Positions 1 through 9,525 are shown, counted from the first letter of the stretch. The stretch is 40,955 nucleotides of DNA from a virus (IMGVR_UViG_3300030207_000712:1-40955), one strand, 5' to 3'. The notes: a model not told the origin generated them from the letters alone. Numbers and translations: made by a program.

Positions 1-187
1 TAGAAGTTTGTTCTGCACTTTCTGCTGTAAATAATATTTTATCTTTTGGATTTAACAGTATACATTTATTAGTAACATCTATAACTCCATCTTTTAAAAA
101 CTCTGAAAGTTCATTTTGAGTTGGAGTTGAAGATGAATCTATTGATAATCCTGTTAAACCCTCTACTTGTGCTTCAAACGTAGCCAT
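1..187 (-). CDS. Virion structural protein, probably head-tail adaptor (N-terminal fragment, runs off the window)
   Basis: ATG at 187 overlaps the upstream stop (TAATG). Reads MATFEAQVEGLTGLSIDSSSTPTQNELSEFLKDGVIDVTNK with no stop to the window edge. Function inferred from position after the head genes. Confidence 0.6.
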   Translation of the reverse strand, partial: MATFEAQVEGLTGLSIDSSSTPTQNELSEFLKDGVIDVTNKCILLNPKDKILFTAESAEQTS

Positions 188-432
188 TAATTAACTCCCG
201 CTTGTTTAATTCTTTCTTTCCAAATTTTATTCTGTCTCTCTTTTTTCTCTTTATTAACTGTTTTAATATGGTCGTCCATACTTATTGAAGAAAACTCCAT
301 ATCTGTTCTCTTACCAGCTTCACTCATCATAAATAAGTTTGTTGTATATAAAGCCTCAGATGCCTTTTCACCACAGTTTCTGCAGTAAAACCATTTTTCT
401 GGGTTTGGAGTTTCACAATGTATACAGTTCAT
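187..432 (-). CDS. Small zinc-ribbon protein
   Basis: CIHC and CRNC pairs at the N-terminus; AAGGA SD upstream. Confidence 0.7.
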   Translation of the reverse strand: MNCIHCETPNPEKWFYCRNCGEKASEALYTTNLFMMSEAGKRTDMEFSSISMDDHIKTVNKEKKERQNKIWKERIKQAGVN

Positions 433-451
433 AATTTCCTTTTTTAGATTC

Positions 452-479
452 GGGGGCTACCCTTTATACGATAACCCCC
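452..479 (-). other. Intergenic RNA stem-loop after the capsid and decoration genes
   Basis: Minus strand GGGGGUUAUC-8 nt-GGUAGCCCCC. The G-U pairs form only on the minus strand. No U-tract, so more likely a stabiliser or processing site than an intrinsic terminator. Confidence 0.6.
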
Positions 480-515
480 ACAGTTCTAATTACTGCTTAA
501 CTTTATTTATTCAGT

Positions 516-983
516 TTATGAACCAGCCGCTGTAGCAAATGGTGTTTCTGAAGCATCCATTACTAAACCGTGAACATACCAACGCATTCCGTCAGTAAAA
601 CATTCAAACATATCTCCTGCACTTGCGTTAGTAGTGCAAGCAATATAGTCATCATTGTTAACAGCTTGGTCTCCAGCATCGCCATCACCAATACCACCTA
701 TTAATCCAACTACATCATTGCCTGAGCCAAAGTCAATATTGACTAATTGCCCCATTCCTTGGTCTGCACCATCTGTATCCTCAGTCAAAACAATCTTGAC
801 ATTCCAACCAGCTTCTACACTAGATAGAGCTGGTAAGTCAATTTCAGTAGTGGCTGTAGGATTAACTAATAGTACAGAGCCACTATCTGCGGCTGTACAT
901 GCGTAGTCTGCAATTATCTTCTTTACTTTTAAGTGAAGACCACTTACTCCGCTATTCTTATTTAAATAACTTGCTCTAGCCAT
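516..983 (-). CDS. Putative capsid decoration or minor structural protein
   Basis: Directly after the major capsid gene; Gly/Asp/Ala-rich beta-type sequence; GGAG SD. Confidence 0.6.
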   Translation of the reverse strand: MARASYLNKNSGVSGLHLKVKKIIADYACTAADSGSVLLVNPTATTEIDLPALSSVEAGWNVKIVLTEDTDGADQGMGQLVNIDFGSGNDVVGLIGGIGDGDAGDQAVNNDDYIACTTNASAGDMFECFTDGMRWYVHGLVMDASETPFATAAGS

Positions 984-985
984 TA

Positions 986-2314
986 TTAAACTCCTTCTAA
1001 GTTGATTAAATAGTGACTTTCAGGAAGAGAAACTTCCAATCCAGCCTCAGTTAAAATCATATCTTTACGAAGGTCTTCGTCAGCAGACTGAACGTTAGTC
1101 ATGATTTGAGTGTCACGATTAACTCCATTACCTACCAATGGTCTATAAGCTACATTATCCATATCAACCATACATAAGAAACCAGAAGCAAAACCTCTGA
1201 ATAGAGGCTCTTTAACTAGATTCATTGTACCGTGAATAGTTTCAACTTGAAGAATTGTATGTCCATAAGAACCAACAGATTTCTCCATATTGTAGCGTAA
1301 TTCACCTCCAATGGATTGGTCAACAAAAGATGATGAACCCAACTTATTGAAAAATGTAATTACTGGTAAACTAGCTAATGCTAGTTTTCCATCTGAACCA
1401 CCACGTGCTGGGTCATAAACAACTTCAAAATCAGATAGTAGCCTATCGTATGTTAGTTGTCCCGCAGTTGAACTACGAAAGTACGGAGCACCAGCACTGT
1501 AAGATAATGCTGAGTCATCTGTTACTGATGTTCCATTTTTAATGATATGACCTGCGATACCTTCACTATACTGTATTCCACCAACACTTGCACGCTGACC
1601 AAAAAGCATAGCACGCTCAATATCAATCTTATGCTCACGTAACTTAAGATTCCAAATTCTTTGGAACTCATCTGCGTAACCACGATAACGAGTTGCTCTT
1701 GCAGTATTAGACATCTCACAAGCTGTTTTAAAGATTTGAGTGAAACCAAAATCATTATCCAGCTCTTCGGAGAATACATCTGGTGCTCCAGAACCTTCAA
1801 CAAAAGATGTACCAATAACTTGGCATTTTGTCGTATCTGCTCCTGTTTCTGCACCATCAATAGATGAAATAGTTTTACCAACAAAGCTGGTATCAGAACC
1901 ATTATCTACAGGTGCTGACTCTATTCTTACTATGATTGTTTCAGGAGAATCGCTTTCTGTATAACCAACAGCAAAAACCATTCCCTTAATTAACCAGTCT
2001 ACTGAAGTTTCACTACCTGCTGATTCTTCAACTGTGTATGTTATGCTAGAACCAGACGCAGGTATACTATGAGAACCATCAAGCACGAAGCTTCGGTCTG
2101 TCATAGAAACTTTGGTTCTATCTTCTAAAAATCGGAATTGTGGGTCATCCGTAGGAACTTTAGCTACCTTTGAGAGATACACGAAAAATGGTGATTCATC
2201 TGGAGCCAAGTCCGCCACACGGTCACTAAAGTTGAATAACCTACGAGTATGATAGCCAGAAGCTGGGGCACCCGGGTCACCAACATTTACAATTCCTTGA
2301 TTGTAAGTCGACAT
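986..2314 (-). CDS. Major capsid protein (HK97 fold, SU10/DUF5309-like)
   Basis: 442 aa after the scaffold; TQIFKT, KLREHKIDIERAMLFG and EAGLEV motifs; strong AAGGAG SD. Confidence 0.88.
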   Translation of the reverse strand: MSTYNQGIVNVGDPGAPASGYHTRRLFNFSDRVADLAPDESPFFVYLSKVAKVPTDDPQFRFLEDRTKVSMTDRSFVLDGSHSIPASGSSITYTVEESAGSETSVDWLIKGMVFAVGYTESDSPETIIVRIESAPVDNGSDTSFVGKTISSIDGAETGADTTKCQVIGTSFVEGSGAPDVFSEELDNDFGFTQIFKTACEMSNTARATRYRGYADEFQRIWNLKLREHKIDIERAMLFGQRASVGGIQYSEGIAGHIIKNGTSVTDDSALSYSAGAPYFRSSTAGQLTYDRLLSDFEVVYDPARGGSDGKLALASLPVITFFNKLGSSSFVDQSIGGELRYNMEKSVGSYGHTILQVETIHGTMNLVKEPLFRGFASGFLCMVDMDNVAYRPLVGNGVNRDTQIMTNVQSADEDLRKDMILTEAGLEVSLPESHYLINLEGV

Positions 2315-2328
2315 TTAGGACTCCTTGT

Positions 2329-3081
2329 TTATATTTTAGTATTTCTTGACGAGTTCATAACTCCTTGCCAGACATCATCTAGTTCATTTGGTTGCTCAGG
2401 TGCAGACCCTTGAACTACTCCAGCCGTAGTTGGAATTGTTTTGGTCTTCTGAACAGCTTCTAAGTTTGGAGATACCTTTTCCTCACCGCCTTTATACTTT
2501 CTATACACATCAACTAACATATCCAAAGGAAGGTCTTCCCTAGGTGTAGTTGCAAATTGTATGAAGTCATCAGCCATTTGAGGGTCTGTCATTCCGTGCT
2601 TACTAGCTAAATCCTGTCTTAAGTTATTTATCGCCATCTGTTGCTGAAACCCTTGCATCTGTTCTTGAACAGCTTGCTGAGCAACAGCCTTTTCTTGTTG
2701 CACCCTCATCTCATAAGAAGGTGAACCCGGCTTGTAATAAGCTTCCCAAGGGTCAAAAGAATCTTCTGTAACCTTAGGGGCTTCTTCTTTACTAGCCTCA
2801 TTACCACTCAAAGTGTTTCTCATCGCTTCAACTACGTCAGGTCTATCTTGTAGAACCCTTCCTAGTTGCTCGTATTTACGAAGCTCCTCGAGCTCATTAT
2901 TAAGCTTGTCATAATCAGCGGCTTTCTTATCGTACATTGATTGAAACTTTTTAGCATCATCAACAACTTCTTCAGCAGGTTGTGCTGGTTCTCCACCGAC
3001 TTGTACAGGCTCAACAACTTCTTCTAAAACTTCGCCTTCCACGCCTTCTATTGCGGTATTTTCGTGCATAGTGTTTTCCAT
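2329..3081 (-). CDS. Capsid scaffolding protein
   Basis: Between portal and capsid genes; acidic N-terminus, coiled coil, KFQSMYDK motif. Confidence 0.8.
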   Translation of the reverse strand: MENTMHENTAIEGVEGEVLEEVVEPVQVGGEPAQPAEEVVDDAKKFQSMYDKKAADYDKLNNELEELRKYEQLGRVLQDRPDVVEAMRNTLSGNEASKEEAPKVTEDSFDPWEAYYKPGSPSYEMRVQQEKAVAQQAVQEQMQGFQQQMAINNLRQDLASKHGMTDPQMADDFIQFATTPREDLPLDMLVDVYRKYKGGEEKVSPNLEAVQKTKTIPTTAGVVQGSAPEQPNELDDVWQGVMNSSRNTKI

Positions 3082-3106
3082 TATTTTCTCCGATTTCTTT
3101 TAATTT

Positions 3107-3173
3107 AGCATCACCTATTTAAAGATGTCTATAAAAGCAGAACCGGGTAACGTTCCCACTACTTCTGTTTTCA
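3107..3173 (-). promoter_or_regulatory. Structured leader (two stem-loops) upstream of the scaffold gene
   Basis: Minus strand AAAACAGAA..GGGAACGTTACCC..TTCTGCTTTT, then GACATCTTT-AAAT-AGGTGATGC before the GGAG SD. Confidence 0.45.
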
Positions 3174-5141
3174 TTAGCTTACAGCCTGAGTCTCTGAGTC
3201 AACAATTCGTTTTAGATTATCAACCTGTACCTTGCTTTTAAACTTGGTATCATTTTGAATCTCATTAAGCCTGCTCTTGAACTTCTCAGTTTCAGCCCTC
3301 TTTCTTGAGTTAAGCGTTTCACGCTCTGCTGTTTGAAGGTCTCCACTAAGTTTCTTGACCTGAGCTTCGAGTTGTTTAACATAAGACTGCATCTGAGCCA
3401 TTTGGCCCTTTCGCTGTAAAACACCTTGTTTGTCAAAGATTTCAGTTTTCTTTAAAACCTCGACATCGTCTACCAGATTCATTCTATACGCTTCTAGGTA
3501 CATCTGATATTCAGCTACCCTATTAGAAGGTAATGTTGAACCGGATATGATTCTCACGTCGTAATGCCCTACGGTGATGTCATTTGTAATGGCATTAACC
3601 TCTTGGCGTCTATCGTCGTACATATTTACCGTAAACTCCGTAATGTCGTTATTTGGCTGTACGATTCTAAACGTCTTTGCGTAAGTATAATGACCCTTAG
3701 CTAGGTTATACAAACTCTTACCTAGCCTTGTCAAACTTCCTTCGATATCTCTTAATTTAGATTTACCACGAGTCTCACCCATTTCGGCAAGCATCGCAGT
3801 ACCACGAACTGTTTCAGGTGCGGCTTCTTTGAAGCCTTGCATTAGTTCTGGGATACCGAAACTTAAATCTATATAGTGCTCTATCCTACTCATTAAATTA
3901 TAAAACTCTCCTGAGAGTGATTGTGGGGCAGGGAAGTGCGGTGCACCAAACTCTGGGTTATAAGGTATAACAGCATTAGGTCTAGCCCAATCCTGTTCCA
4001 ACTGCCCCAAATCATCTACGCTCCCCTCTGGAACCATTAGCTTTAGTCCAGCAGAGGCTTGAGCGTGTGAGAGAGTGAGAGAGAAAAGCTTGTTCAAAAG
4101 TCTTTGAGAGTCTTTGACTTTTGCGATATCAGACTTTGGATAAGGAGTTCCTGTCCATATATTAGGAACTGGTATTATCGGATATATGTCTGTATTTAAT
4201 ATTTGCTCATACAACAACACATCACCTGCTGTTGCTGAGACTTTAATTCTTGTTTGCATTACTTCAACAATCTCAATCATTTCAGCTTCTATCAAAAGCT
4301 TTGCGTTTTCAGATTCTATGAAGTCATTATATTTTTCTATATCTAGGATAACCTCTGAGCCATCCTGTTTGTTGAATATTCTATAGAAAGGAACTTTTAC
4401 TTTTGTAAATCTTTCTAGTATCCTATACTTATTAACCCTGTTGTACTCTGATTCGTATGTTACATCGGGTGTAAAAGATTGTGAAGAATTTTTTCTACCA
4501 CCCTCAGGATAATCTTCTTCATCGTAATAACTATCAATATCTTCTATAAAAGGTTCTACCTGAGGATACATATTTAGAAGTTGGTCTTCTGTAAGTATGG
4601 TAGATAATATAATGCCAGACGCATCGTCAGCATATCTATGCCTAGATGCTGGGTCTACATAAACTCTGAATGGGTCTAGGTAGGTATACTTAACCTCACC
4701 TCTACCGTAGTCAGCTTCTGGGTCTATGTAAGCATATAAGTAACCCATACCTGCAGTAGCATAATCGTGTACTGCTTGCTTGAATTGTGTGTCACCATCA
4801 GAGATATCCCATATGTATTCAAGAACAGTTCTCCATACATTGGATATTCTACTATCAGAGTCTTCTCTACCAACAGCACTATACTTAGGAGAACGTGATG
4901 TAAGTAGGGATTTTAGTTTTTCTATAGCGGCATACACCCTATCGATAACAAAGTCACCTTGCCCTACTGCACGTAGAGCATCTGACTCTTCTTGAGAATA
5001 ATGGTTACCTAGAAAGAAATCTATAGAATCTCTTGCCTCTACATCCCATTCGGCACGAGCATCCCTCCACATTCTCCATAACTGTCTATTAACTTCTGAT
5101 TGTTGAGCTTCGTTCTTTTCTAACTCTCTAATACTAGAAAT
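3174..5141 (-). CDS. Portal protein (P22-like); start probably ATT at 5141 rather than ATG at 5072
   Basis: DFFLGNHY, G.GY and DPFRVYVDP motifs plus a C-terminal coiled coil. The frame is open 23 codons upstream of ATG 5072, to an ATT 6 nt after AAGGAAGGT. Confidence 0.9.
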   Translation of the reverse strand: MSSIRELEKNEAQQSEVNRQLWRMWRDARAEWDVEARDSIDFFLGNHYSQEESDALRAVGQGDFVIDRVYAAIEKLKSLLTSRSPKYSAVGREDSDSRISNVWRTVLEYIWDISDGDTQFKQAVHDYATAGMGYLYAYIDPEADYGRGEVKYTYLDPFRVYVDPASRHRYADDASGIILSTILTEDQLLNMYPQVEPFIEDIDSYYDEEDYPEGGRKNSSQSFTPDVTYESEYNRVNKYRILERFTKVKVPFYRIFNKQDGSEVILDIEKYNDFIESENAKLLIEAEMIEIVEVMQTRIKVSATAGDVLLYEQILNTDIYPIIPVPNIWTGTPYPKSDIAKVKDSQRLLNKLFSLTLSHAQASAGLKLMVPEGSVDDLGQLEQDWARPNAVIPYNPEFGAPHFPAPQSLSGEFYNLMSRIEHYIDLSFGIPELMQGFKEAAPETVRGTAMLAEMGETRGKSKLRDIEGSLTRLGKSLYNLAKGHYTYAKTFRIVQPNNDITEFTVNMYDDRRQEVNAITNDITVGHYDVRIISGSTLPSNRVAEYQMYLEAYRMNLVDDVEVLKKTEIFDKQGVLQRKGQMAQMQSYVKQLEAQVKKLSGDLQTAERETLNSRKRAETEKFKSRLNEIQNDTKFKSKVQVDNLKRIVDSETQAVS

Positions 5142-5166
5142 GGGTACACCTTCCTTTTTGGTGTGT

Positions 5167-5205
5167 AATATAATAAACTATACATATATAATGCAAGTAC
5201 TTTTT
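5167..5205 (-). promoter_or_regulatory. Sigma70-type promoter for the portal/capsid operon
   Basis: AAAAAGTAC-TTGCAT-18 nt-TATATT. Confidence 0.6.
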
Positions 5206-6796
5206 AAATTTTTTGTCCAGTTACCCAAGAGATAACTCTTTTCTTTGTTTCACTTACAGGTTTTACTACCTTGTTCTCTATGAAGTCAGTAGCATCAAAC
5301 CTCTTACTAACAGGGGGTCTAGCTTTATTTATAGCATACCAAAGACCATCTAGTATATCATCGTTCTTACCTTTTGGAAACTGATACATCTCATCTACAA
5401 GTGATGTATGAGACCTTTTTATAAACATTTTTTTTCTATTTACTATTGGTGCTAGTAAAGACTCTAGCCTATCTTCTTTCTTTATACCACTAGGAGGTCG
5501 TACACCTAGAGCTATACCGGGTGCTACTTTTCTTTCCTTACCTGAAAGACTATTAACAGCATCTTTAATTATGCCCTGAGCCCCAACGTGTTCTACATTT
5601 ACACGCTTTACTGGTGAAAACTCTCTAGCATATTCCAGTATCTGCTCTGGCATATCATATAAAGGTATATGTTCTCTCATGTAATCAATAACATAAATAT
5701 TTCTATCACTATCTATACCTATAACCATTATTATCTGATAGTCACTTGACTCTGTAGCTTCATACGCTAAATCAACACCCATATAAATATTAACAGGAAT
5801 AGCATCATCCTTGTTTACAAGGTATGCATATCCATCTCTACTCTCAAACTCGTGGTCATAGTTTTGTAATCTATCTGTTTTAAATTTAGCATTCTCTAGG
5901 TCTCTAGCCTCATTCAAATATTCTTGTGCAAATTTATGTGATAACCCTACATCTTCAAATCGTCTACGTATATCTTGTAGCTTTTCTTTGCTAAAGTAAC
6001 TTGGCCACAATACATTACCATCTGAGTCTATTGCCTTGTGGTACATAACATCCCAAGCATAATCTCTTTTGTCTCTTTGAGCTTCTACGTAACCATCATA
6101 TATACTCTGTAGAAATGAATCATAGTGAACTATAGTACCTATCATCCATATAGAACCTTCATTACCTGCTGAGTTTTCTAGAGCTGGCTCTACAGTAGAC
6201 ATAACCCACTCTTTAATCTCTCTTCTCCTGTCTGGAGTTTTTGTATTTAGCTCAGATTCAAAGTCGTCAAGAACTATCTTAGTATATCTCAAACCTAGTT
6301 GTGACCTACCACGAAGTCTTTGTGACGTACCCTTAGCTATAACTCTATCTCCCTTACTTGTAGTAAACTCTTTTTCTGTCCACTTGCTACCACGTATGTC
6401 ACCAAAGTAGTAATTGAGTGCAGGGTTAACCTCTATGTGGTTCTGTATGTATTTAATATGGTCTATTGCCTGCGACTGTTCTTCAGCTACCCAAGCTATA
6501 AATTCTTTCTTACCTTCAGGATTAAAGTATAAATGGTATAATAACGCTGTTTTAGCTAAGGTTGACTTACTATGACCACGAGGAAGTATAATACAATTTC
6601 TTTTTTTAGTGTCATCTAATAGTAAGTCGTTTAACTCATAGTGATATGTAGCAGGAGTAGACTTCATAAAGTCTTCTGGTAAAAACAGTTGACCAAAAGC
6701 TATTATGTCTCTCTTAGCTAGTTCTAGTACACGTTCTTTTTCAGATACGTTATTTTTATTTATGTTCGGAGCTTTAGGCAATCTTCTGACATCCAA
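5204..6796 (-). CDS. terL: Terminase large subunit
   Basis: Walker A PRGHSKST, LRG motif, Walker B IVLDDFE, IGT coupling motif, RNase H-like GVDLA and FPKGKNDDILD. Confidence 0.95.
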   Translation of the reverse strand: MDVRRLPKAPNINKNNVSEKERVLELAKRDIIAFGQLFLPEDFMKSTPATYHYELNDLLLDDTKKRNCIILPRGHSKSTLAKTALLYHLYFNPEGKKEFIAWVAEEQSQAIDHIKYIQNHIEVNPALNYYFGDIRGSKWTEKEFTTSKGDRVIAKGTSQRLRGRSQLGLRYTKIVLDDFESELNTKTPDRRREIKEWVMSTVEPALENSAGNEGSIWMIGTIVHYDSFLQSIYDGYVEAQRDKRDYAWDVMYHKAIDSDGNVLWPSYFSKEKLQDIRRRFEDVGLSHKFAQEYLNEARDLENAKFKTDRLQNYDHEFESRDGYAYLVNKDDAIPVNIYMGVDLAYEATESSDYQIIMVIGIDSDRNIYVIDYMREHIPLYDMPEQILEYAREFSPVKRVNVEHVGAQGIIKDAVNSLSGKERKVAPGIALGVRPPSGIKKEDRLESLLAPIVNRKKMFIKRSHTSLVDEMYQFPKGKNDDILDGLWYAINKARPPVSKRFDATDFIENKVVKPVSETKKRVISWVTGQKI

Positions 6797-7131
6797 TCTT
6801 TCTTAGGTACTAATTCAAACACACCACCATTCTGCAGTAGAGCTGGGCCCATTGTATACATCCAAGCGTCTACTTCATCATCATCGTTATATGCTTTAAC
6901 CATTCTTCTTTCATACAAACCATAGGACACACCTTCATACTGGTCATATCCTGCTAAGTCCATATTGTCTACATCTATAATTTCTACAACCATTTCATTT
7001 TGATTCTCATCAATAAATGCGGCTGGATAGTTTCTATGTCCGGGAAACACTAATGAGTAGCCATCTACTTTCCAAGTATCTCGCTCACCATTCCTAAGTG
7101 TTCCGTATACTGCTAACTTATTCGTCTTCAT
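6760..7131 (-). CDS. Gamma-glutamylcyclotransferase (AIG2/GGACT family)
   Basis: AVYGTLR N-terminal loop, DQYEG...YER catalytic region, AWMY. Confidence 0.85.
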   Translation of the reverse strand: MKTNKLAVYGTLRNGERDTWKVDGYSLVFPGHRNYPAAFIDENQNEMVVEIIDVDNMDLAGYDQYEGVSYGLYERRMVKAYNDDDEVDAWMYTMGPALLQNGGVFELVPKKDWMSEDCLKLRT

Positions 7132-7330
7132 CTAGGTCTTGTCTAAATTGCCAATAGTCACTTAAATCATTCATATAGCCACTATCAATAAAACTAGAAT
7201 AAACTTGACTTTCGTAAAACAGTTCATAGATTTCAGTAGCAATGCTCTGCTTTGACATATCATCCTTTATTGACATATCGTTATCATCAGCGTGCTCTAG
7301 AACCTCCATCACTATTTCGTATAGATTCAT
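7118..7330 (-). CDS. Hypothetical acidic protein
   Basis: 70 aa ORF overlapping both neighbours; strongly Asp/Glu-rich. Confidence 0.65.
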   Translation of the reverse strand: MNLYEIVMEVLEHADDNDMSIKDDMSKQSIATEIYELFYESQVYSSFIDSGYMNDLSDYWQFRQDLDEDE

Positions 7331-8085
7331 CAGCTTTTCAATTCCCTTTTGGCACTTGCCAGTTTCTTATTGTTTCCACCAATAGCTTCTAGTTGCTCAG
7401 ATGAGAATCCTTGGAATACAGTAACGGATTCAGATTTCTTTTCAGTATCTTTCATTCCAGCTATAGAAACTAGTTCTTTTAATAAGGACACCTTATCACT
7501 ATCTCTAGAGGTAGTAGACTCTATAATGTCCTTCATCTTCTCTAAGATATACAATGGGGTTATTTCTGCCTCATTCAATATCTTATCTATTTCTTCACGT
7601 ATCAAACTTTTTACCCTTTCAGTGTTCATTAAAAATTTAGCTTCTCTTTCTGCATACTTTCTGCTATTAGCTGGAAATGCAGTTAGAAACGCATCTACCA
7701 TATCTTCGCCCTTAGCTACATACTTAGCAAATAAGAACTCATTTCTAGTTGCTTTCTTTCTTTCCTTCTTTACTTTGTATGCACTATCATACTTAGGACT
7801 GAAGGTATATATGTTTTTTCTCATATCACCAGCAATCTTATAACTACTTGTACATATATATGTACCCATTACAGTTCTGATGTAGTCAGCTTTTATAATA
7901 CCATTCTTCTTAAGATAGTTTCTTTTTAAAACCTGACACACTTTGCCATCATCACACAGAACCCAATCACCTTCAAAGCCATCTCTCCAGTTCTCAACTA
8001 ACTCAGTATTAGGCATAAACTGCTGAAACTCGTTGACATCATCAAACAAGAGATGGTCTTTCTTCTTTATGGTTCTACTTTGCAT
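7330..8085 (-). CDS. terS: Terminase small subunit with N-terminal extension
   Basis: C-terminal half FAKYVAKG...DAFLTAF...AKFLMNTERVKSLI resembles the TerS HTH and oligomerisation helices; lies upstream of terL. Confidence 0.7.
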   Translation of the reverse strand: MQSRTIKKKDHLLFDDVNEFQQFMPNTELVENWRDGFEGDWVLCDDGKVCQVLKRNYLKKNGIIKADYIRTVMGTYICTSSYKIAGDMRKNIYTFSPKYDSAYKVKKERKKATRNEFLFAKYVAKGEDMVDAFLTAFPANSRKYAEREAKFLMNTERVKSLIREEIDKILNEAEITPLYILEKMKDIIESTTSRDSDKVSLLKELVSIAGMKDTEKKSESVTVFQGFSSEQLEAIGGNNKKLASAKRELKS

Positions 8086-8836
8086 TTAAAACTTTTCCAT
8101 CAACCGTACTTACCCCATCTACTATCTGATGTATGGTAACATTGAAGTTACCATTCCTATGAAAGTCTACTATAGCAAATGCGTGTTGCCAGTTATGTTG
8201 TCTATTACCTAACCATTCGTTAGCTTCAGCACTCATATCCTTCAAACACCCTATTGACCACGCTGACTTAACCCCATCAATGTGTGTAACAGAGCTCTGC
8301 TGAATATCATGATGGTGACCATACATAACATTACCACCGAGACGAAGGAGATGATTACGAGTGTGATTAATTCCTGCAAAATGGTGGCCGTGATAGAAAT
8401 TAATTTTACCAATCTTGAGCATTTTTCCGAGCCTATGATACTTGTATCCACGCTCTTTAAGACGTAATGCATTTTTAACGAGGATGTCTTTAGCCAAGTA
8501 TGGATTTTCTTCAACAAACCTATTAAGCCAGTCTTCATGATTACCCTCCACGAAATGACGTTCTTTAGTTCCTGCTTTATCAAGAGAAGCGTCTATAGTG
8601 TCCATACCTTTGTTTACAGCTTTTATTTCTTCATATACAAAAGGAAGCTGATATTCCAAAGGTGGTCTTTTTTTCTTCTTCCACTGCCAATGAGATACAG
8701 ACTCCCATTCTCCAGTATCACCTAAGTCTACATATATGTCAGGCTTTACAAGCTCTATAGCCTTACATAGTACCTTTATTGCTTTTTTGTCTTCATATGG
8801 AAAATGCTTATCTGGCGTTACGATAGCTCTCTTCAT
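8075..8836 (-). CDS. Calcineurin-like metallophosphoesterase
   Basis: DKH, LGD, GNHE, HGH and GHHH metal-binding motifs. Confidence 0.88.
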   Translation of the reverse strand: MKRAIVTPDKHFPYEDKKAIKVLCKAIELVKPDIYVDLGDTGEWESVSHWQWKKKKRPPLEYQLPFVYEEIKAVNKGMDTIDASLDKAGTKERHFVEGNHEDWLNRFVEENPYLAKDILVKNALRLKERGYKYHRLGKMLKIGKINFYHGHHFAGINHTRNHLLRLGGNVMYGHHHDIQQSSVTHIDGVKSAWSIGCLKDMSAEANEWLGNRQHNWQHAFAIVDFHRNGNFNVTIHQIVDGVSTVDGKVLNAK

Positions 8837-8943
8837 CTGACAAAACCCTTTATTACTTTAATTAACAATACTATAGCTATGGCTTCTAGAAAAAACCAAA
8901 GCTTTCCAGATATCATTGTAATAATACCTACTGCTGTTCTCAT
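8833..8943 (-). CDS. Small membrane protein (36 aa, not in ORF track)
   Basis: MRTAVGIITMISGKLWFFLEAIAIVLLIKVIKGFVR; ATGA overlaps at both ends; AGGAGG SD. Confidence 0.6.
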   Translation of the reverse strand: MRTAVGIITMISGKLWFFLEAIAIVLLIKVIKGFVR

Positions 8944-9176
8944 TTATTCCTCCTAGACAATCTAGCAGACTGTCTTATTCTATCGTCAGTTATTCCCGGT
9001 ATAACCACAGTATCAAAGAAATCACAACCTCTCTCCACTCTACAAGACTTACCACTTAGCTTAGAATCTAATATAATAGATAGTTTATCATCTTTTCTAT
9101 TAAATACACATCCTATACAGTTACCTGCATCCCAGTTAGAGCAATAACTTCTAGCTATGTTTAATACTTTGGCCAT
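8940..9176 (-). CDS. Cys-rich hypothetical protein
   Basis: Five Cys in 78 aa; first gene after a minus-strand promoter. Confidence 0.65.
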   Translation of the reverse strand: MAKVLNIARSYCSNWDAGNCIGCVFNRKDDKLSIILDSKLSGKSCRVERGCDFFDTVVIPGITDDRIRQSARLSRRNK

Positions 9177-9188
9177 ATCTTCAACATT

Positions 9189-9271
9189 AATTTAAATAAA
9201 AGACAATATATAGTACAAGTATTATTTTTTTAAAAAAGTACTTGATATATATATGGTTTTATTAGTAACTT
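9189..9271. promoter_or_regulatory. Back-to-back divergent promoters
   Basis: Minus: TTGTAC(9218-9213)-18-TAAATT. Plus: TTGATA(9242)-18-TAACTT. Separated by T/A tracts; each -35 is preceded by TAC. Confidence 0.6.
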
Positions 9272-9294
9272 ATACGGGCTCTAAGCCAAGAAGC

Positions 9295-9355
9295 TACTTA
9301 GTTTACTTAGTAAAAGAAAGAAATATATTACTAACGTAATATAAAAAGAAAGAAA
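9295..9355. repeat. Direct repeats flanking a perfect hairpin
   Basis: TACTTAG x2, then AAAAGAAAGAAA-TATATTAC-TAAC-GTAATATA-AAAAGAAAGAAA. Confidence 0.75.
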
Positions 9356-9357
9356 AG

Positions 9358-9525
9358 ATGAATGGCAAAGGTGATAAGGATAGAACCTCTGATATCAAGA
9401 GGTATAAAAATAACTACGAAAGGATTTTTGGTAGTAAACCTACTACTACAACAACTAGACCTAGACAAGATGTTCCAAGAAACAAAGTGGGAAGAGGTAC
9501 AAAGCGTAAAAGACAAGGGTTATGA
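9358..9525 (+). CDS. Small basic phage protein (55 aa, not in ORF track)
   Basis: MNGKGDKDRTSDIKRYKNNYERIFG; the GKGDxxR..Y..N..RIF pattern is familiar from small phage proteins. Confidence 0.55.
   Translation: MNGKGDKDRTSDIKRYKNNYERIFGSKPTTTTTRPRQDVPRNKVGRGTKRKRQGL

Noticed and set aside
960-1000. Programmed frameshift or readthrough fusing the capsid to the next protein
   Set aside because: No slippery heptamer is evident and the next gene has its own GGAG SD and ATG.
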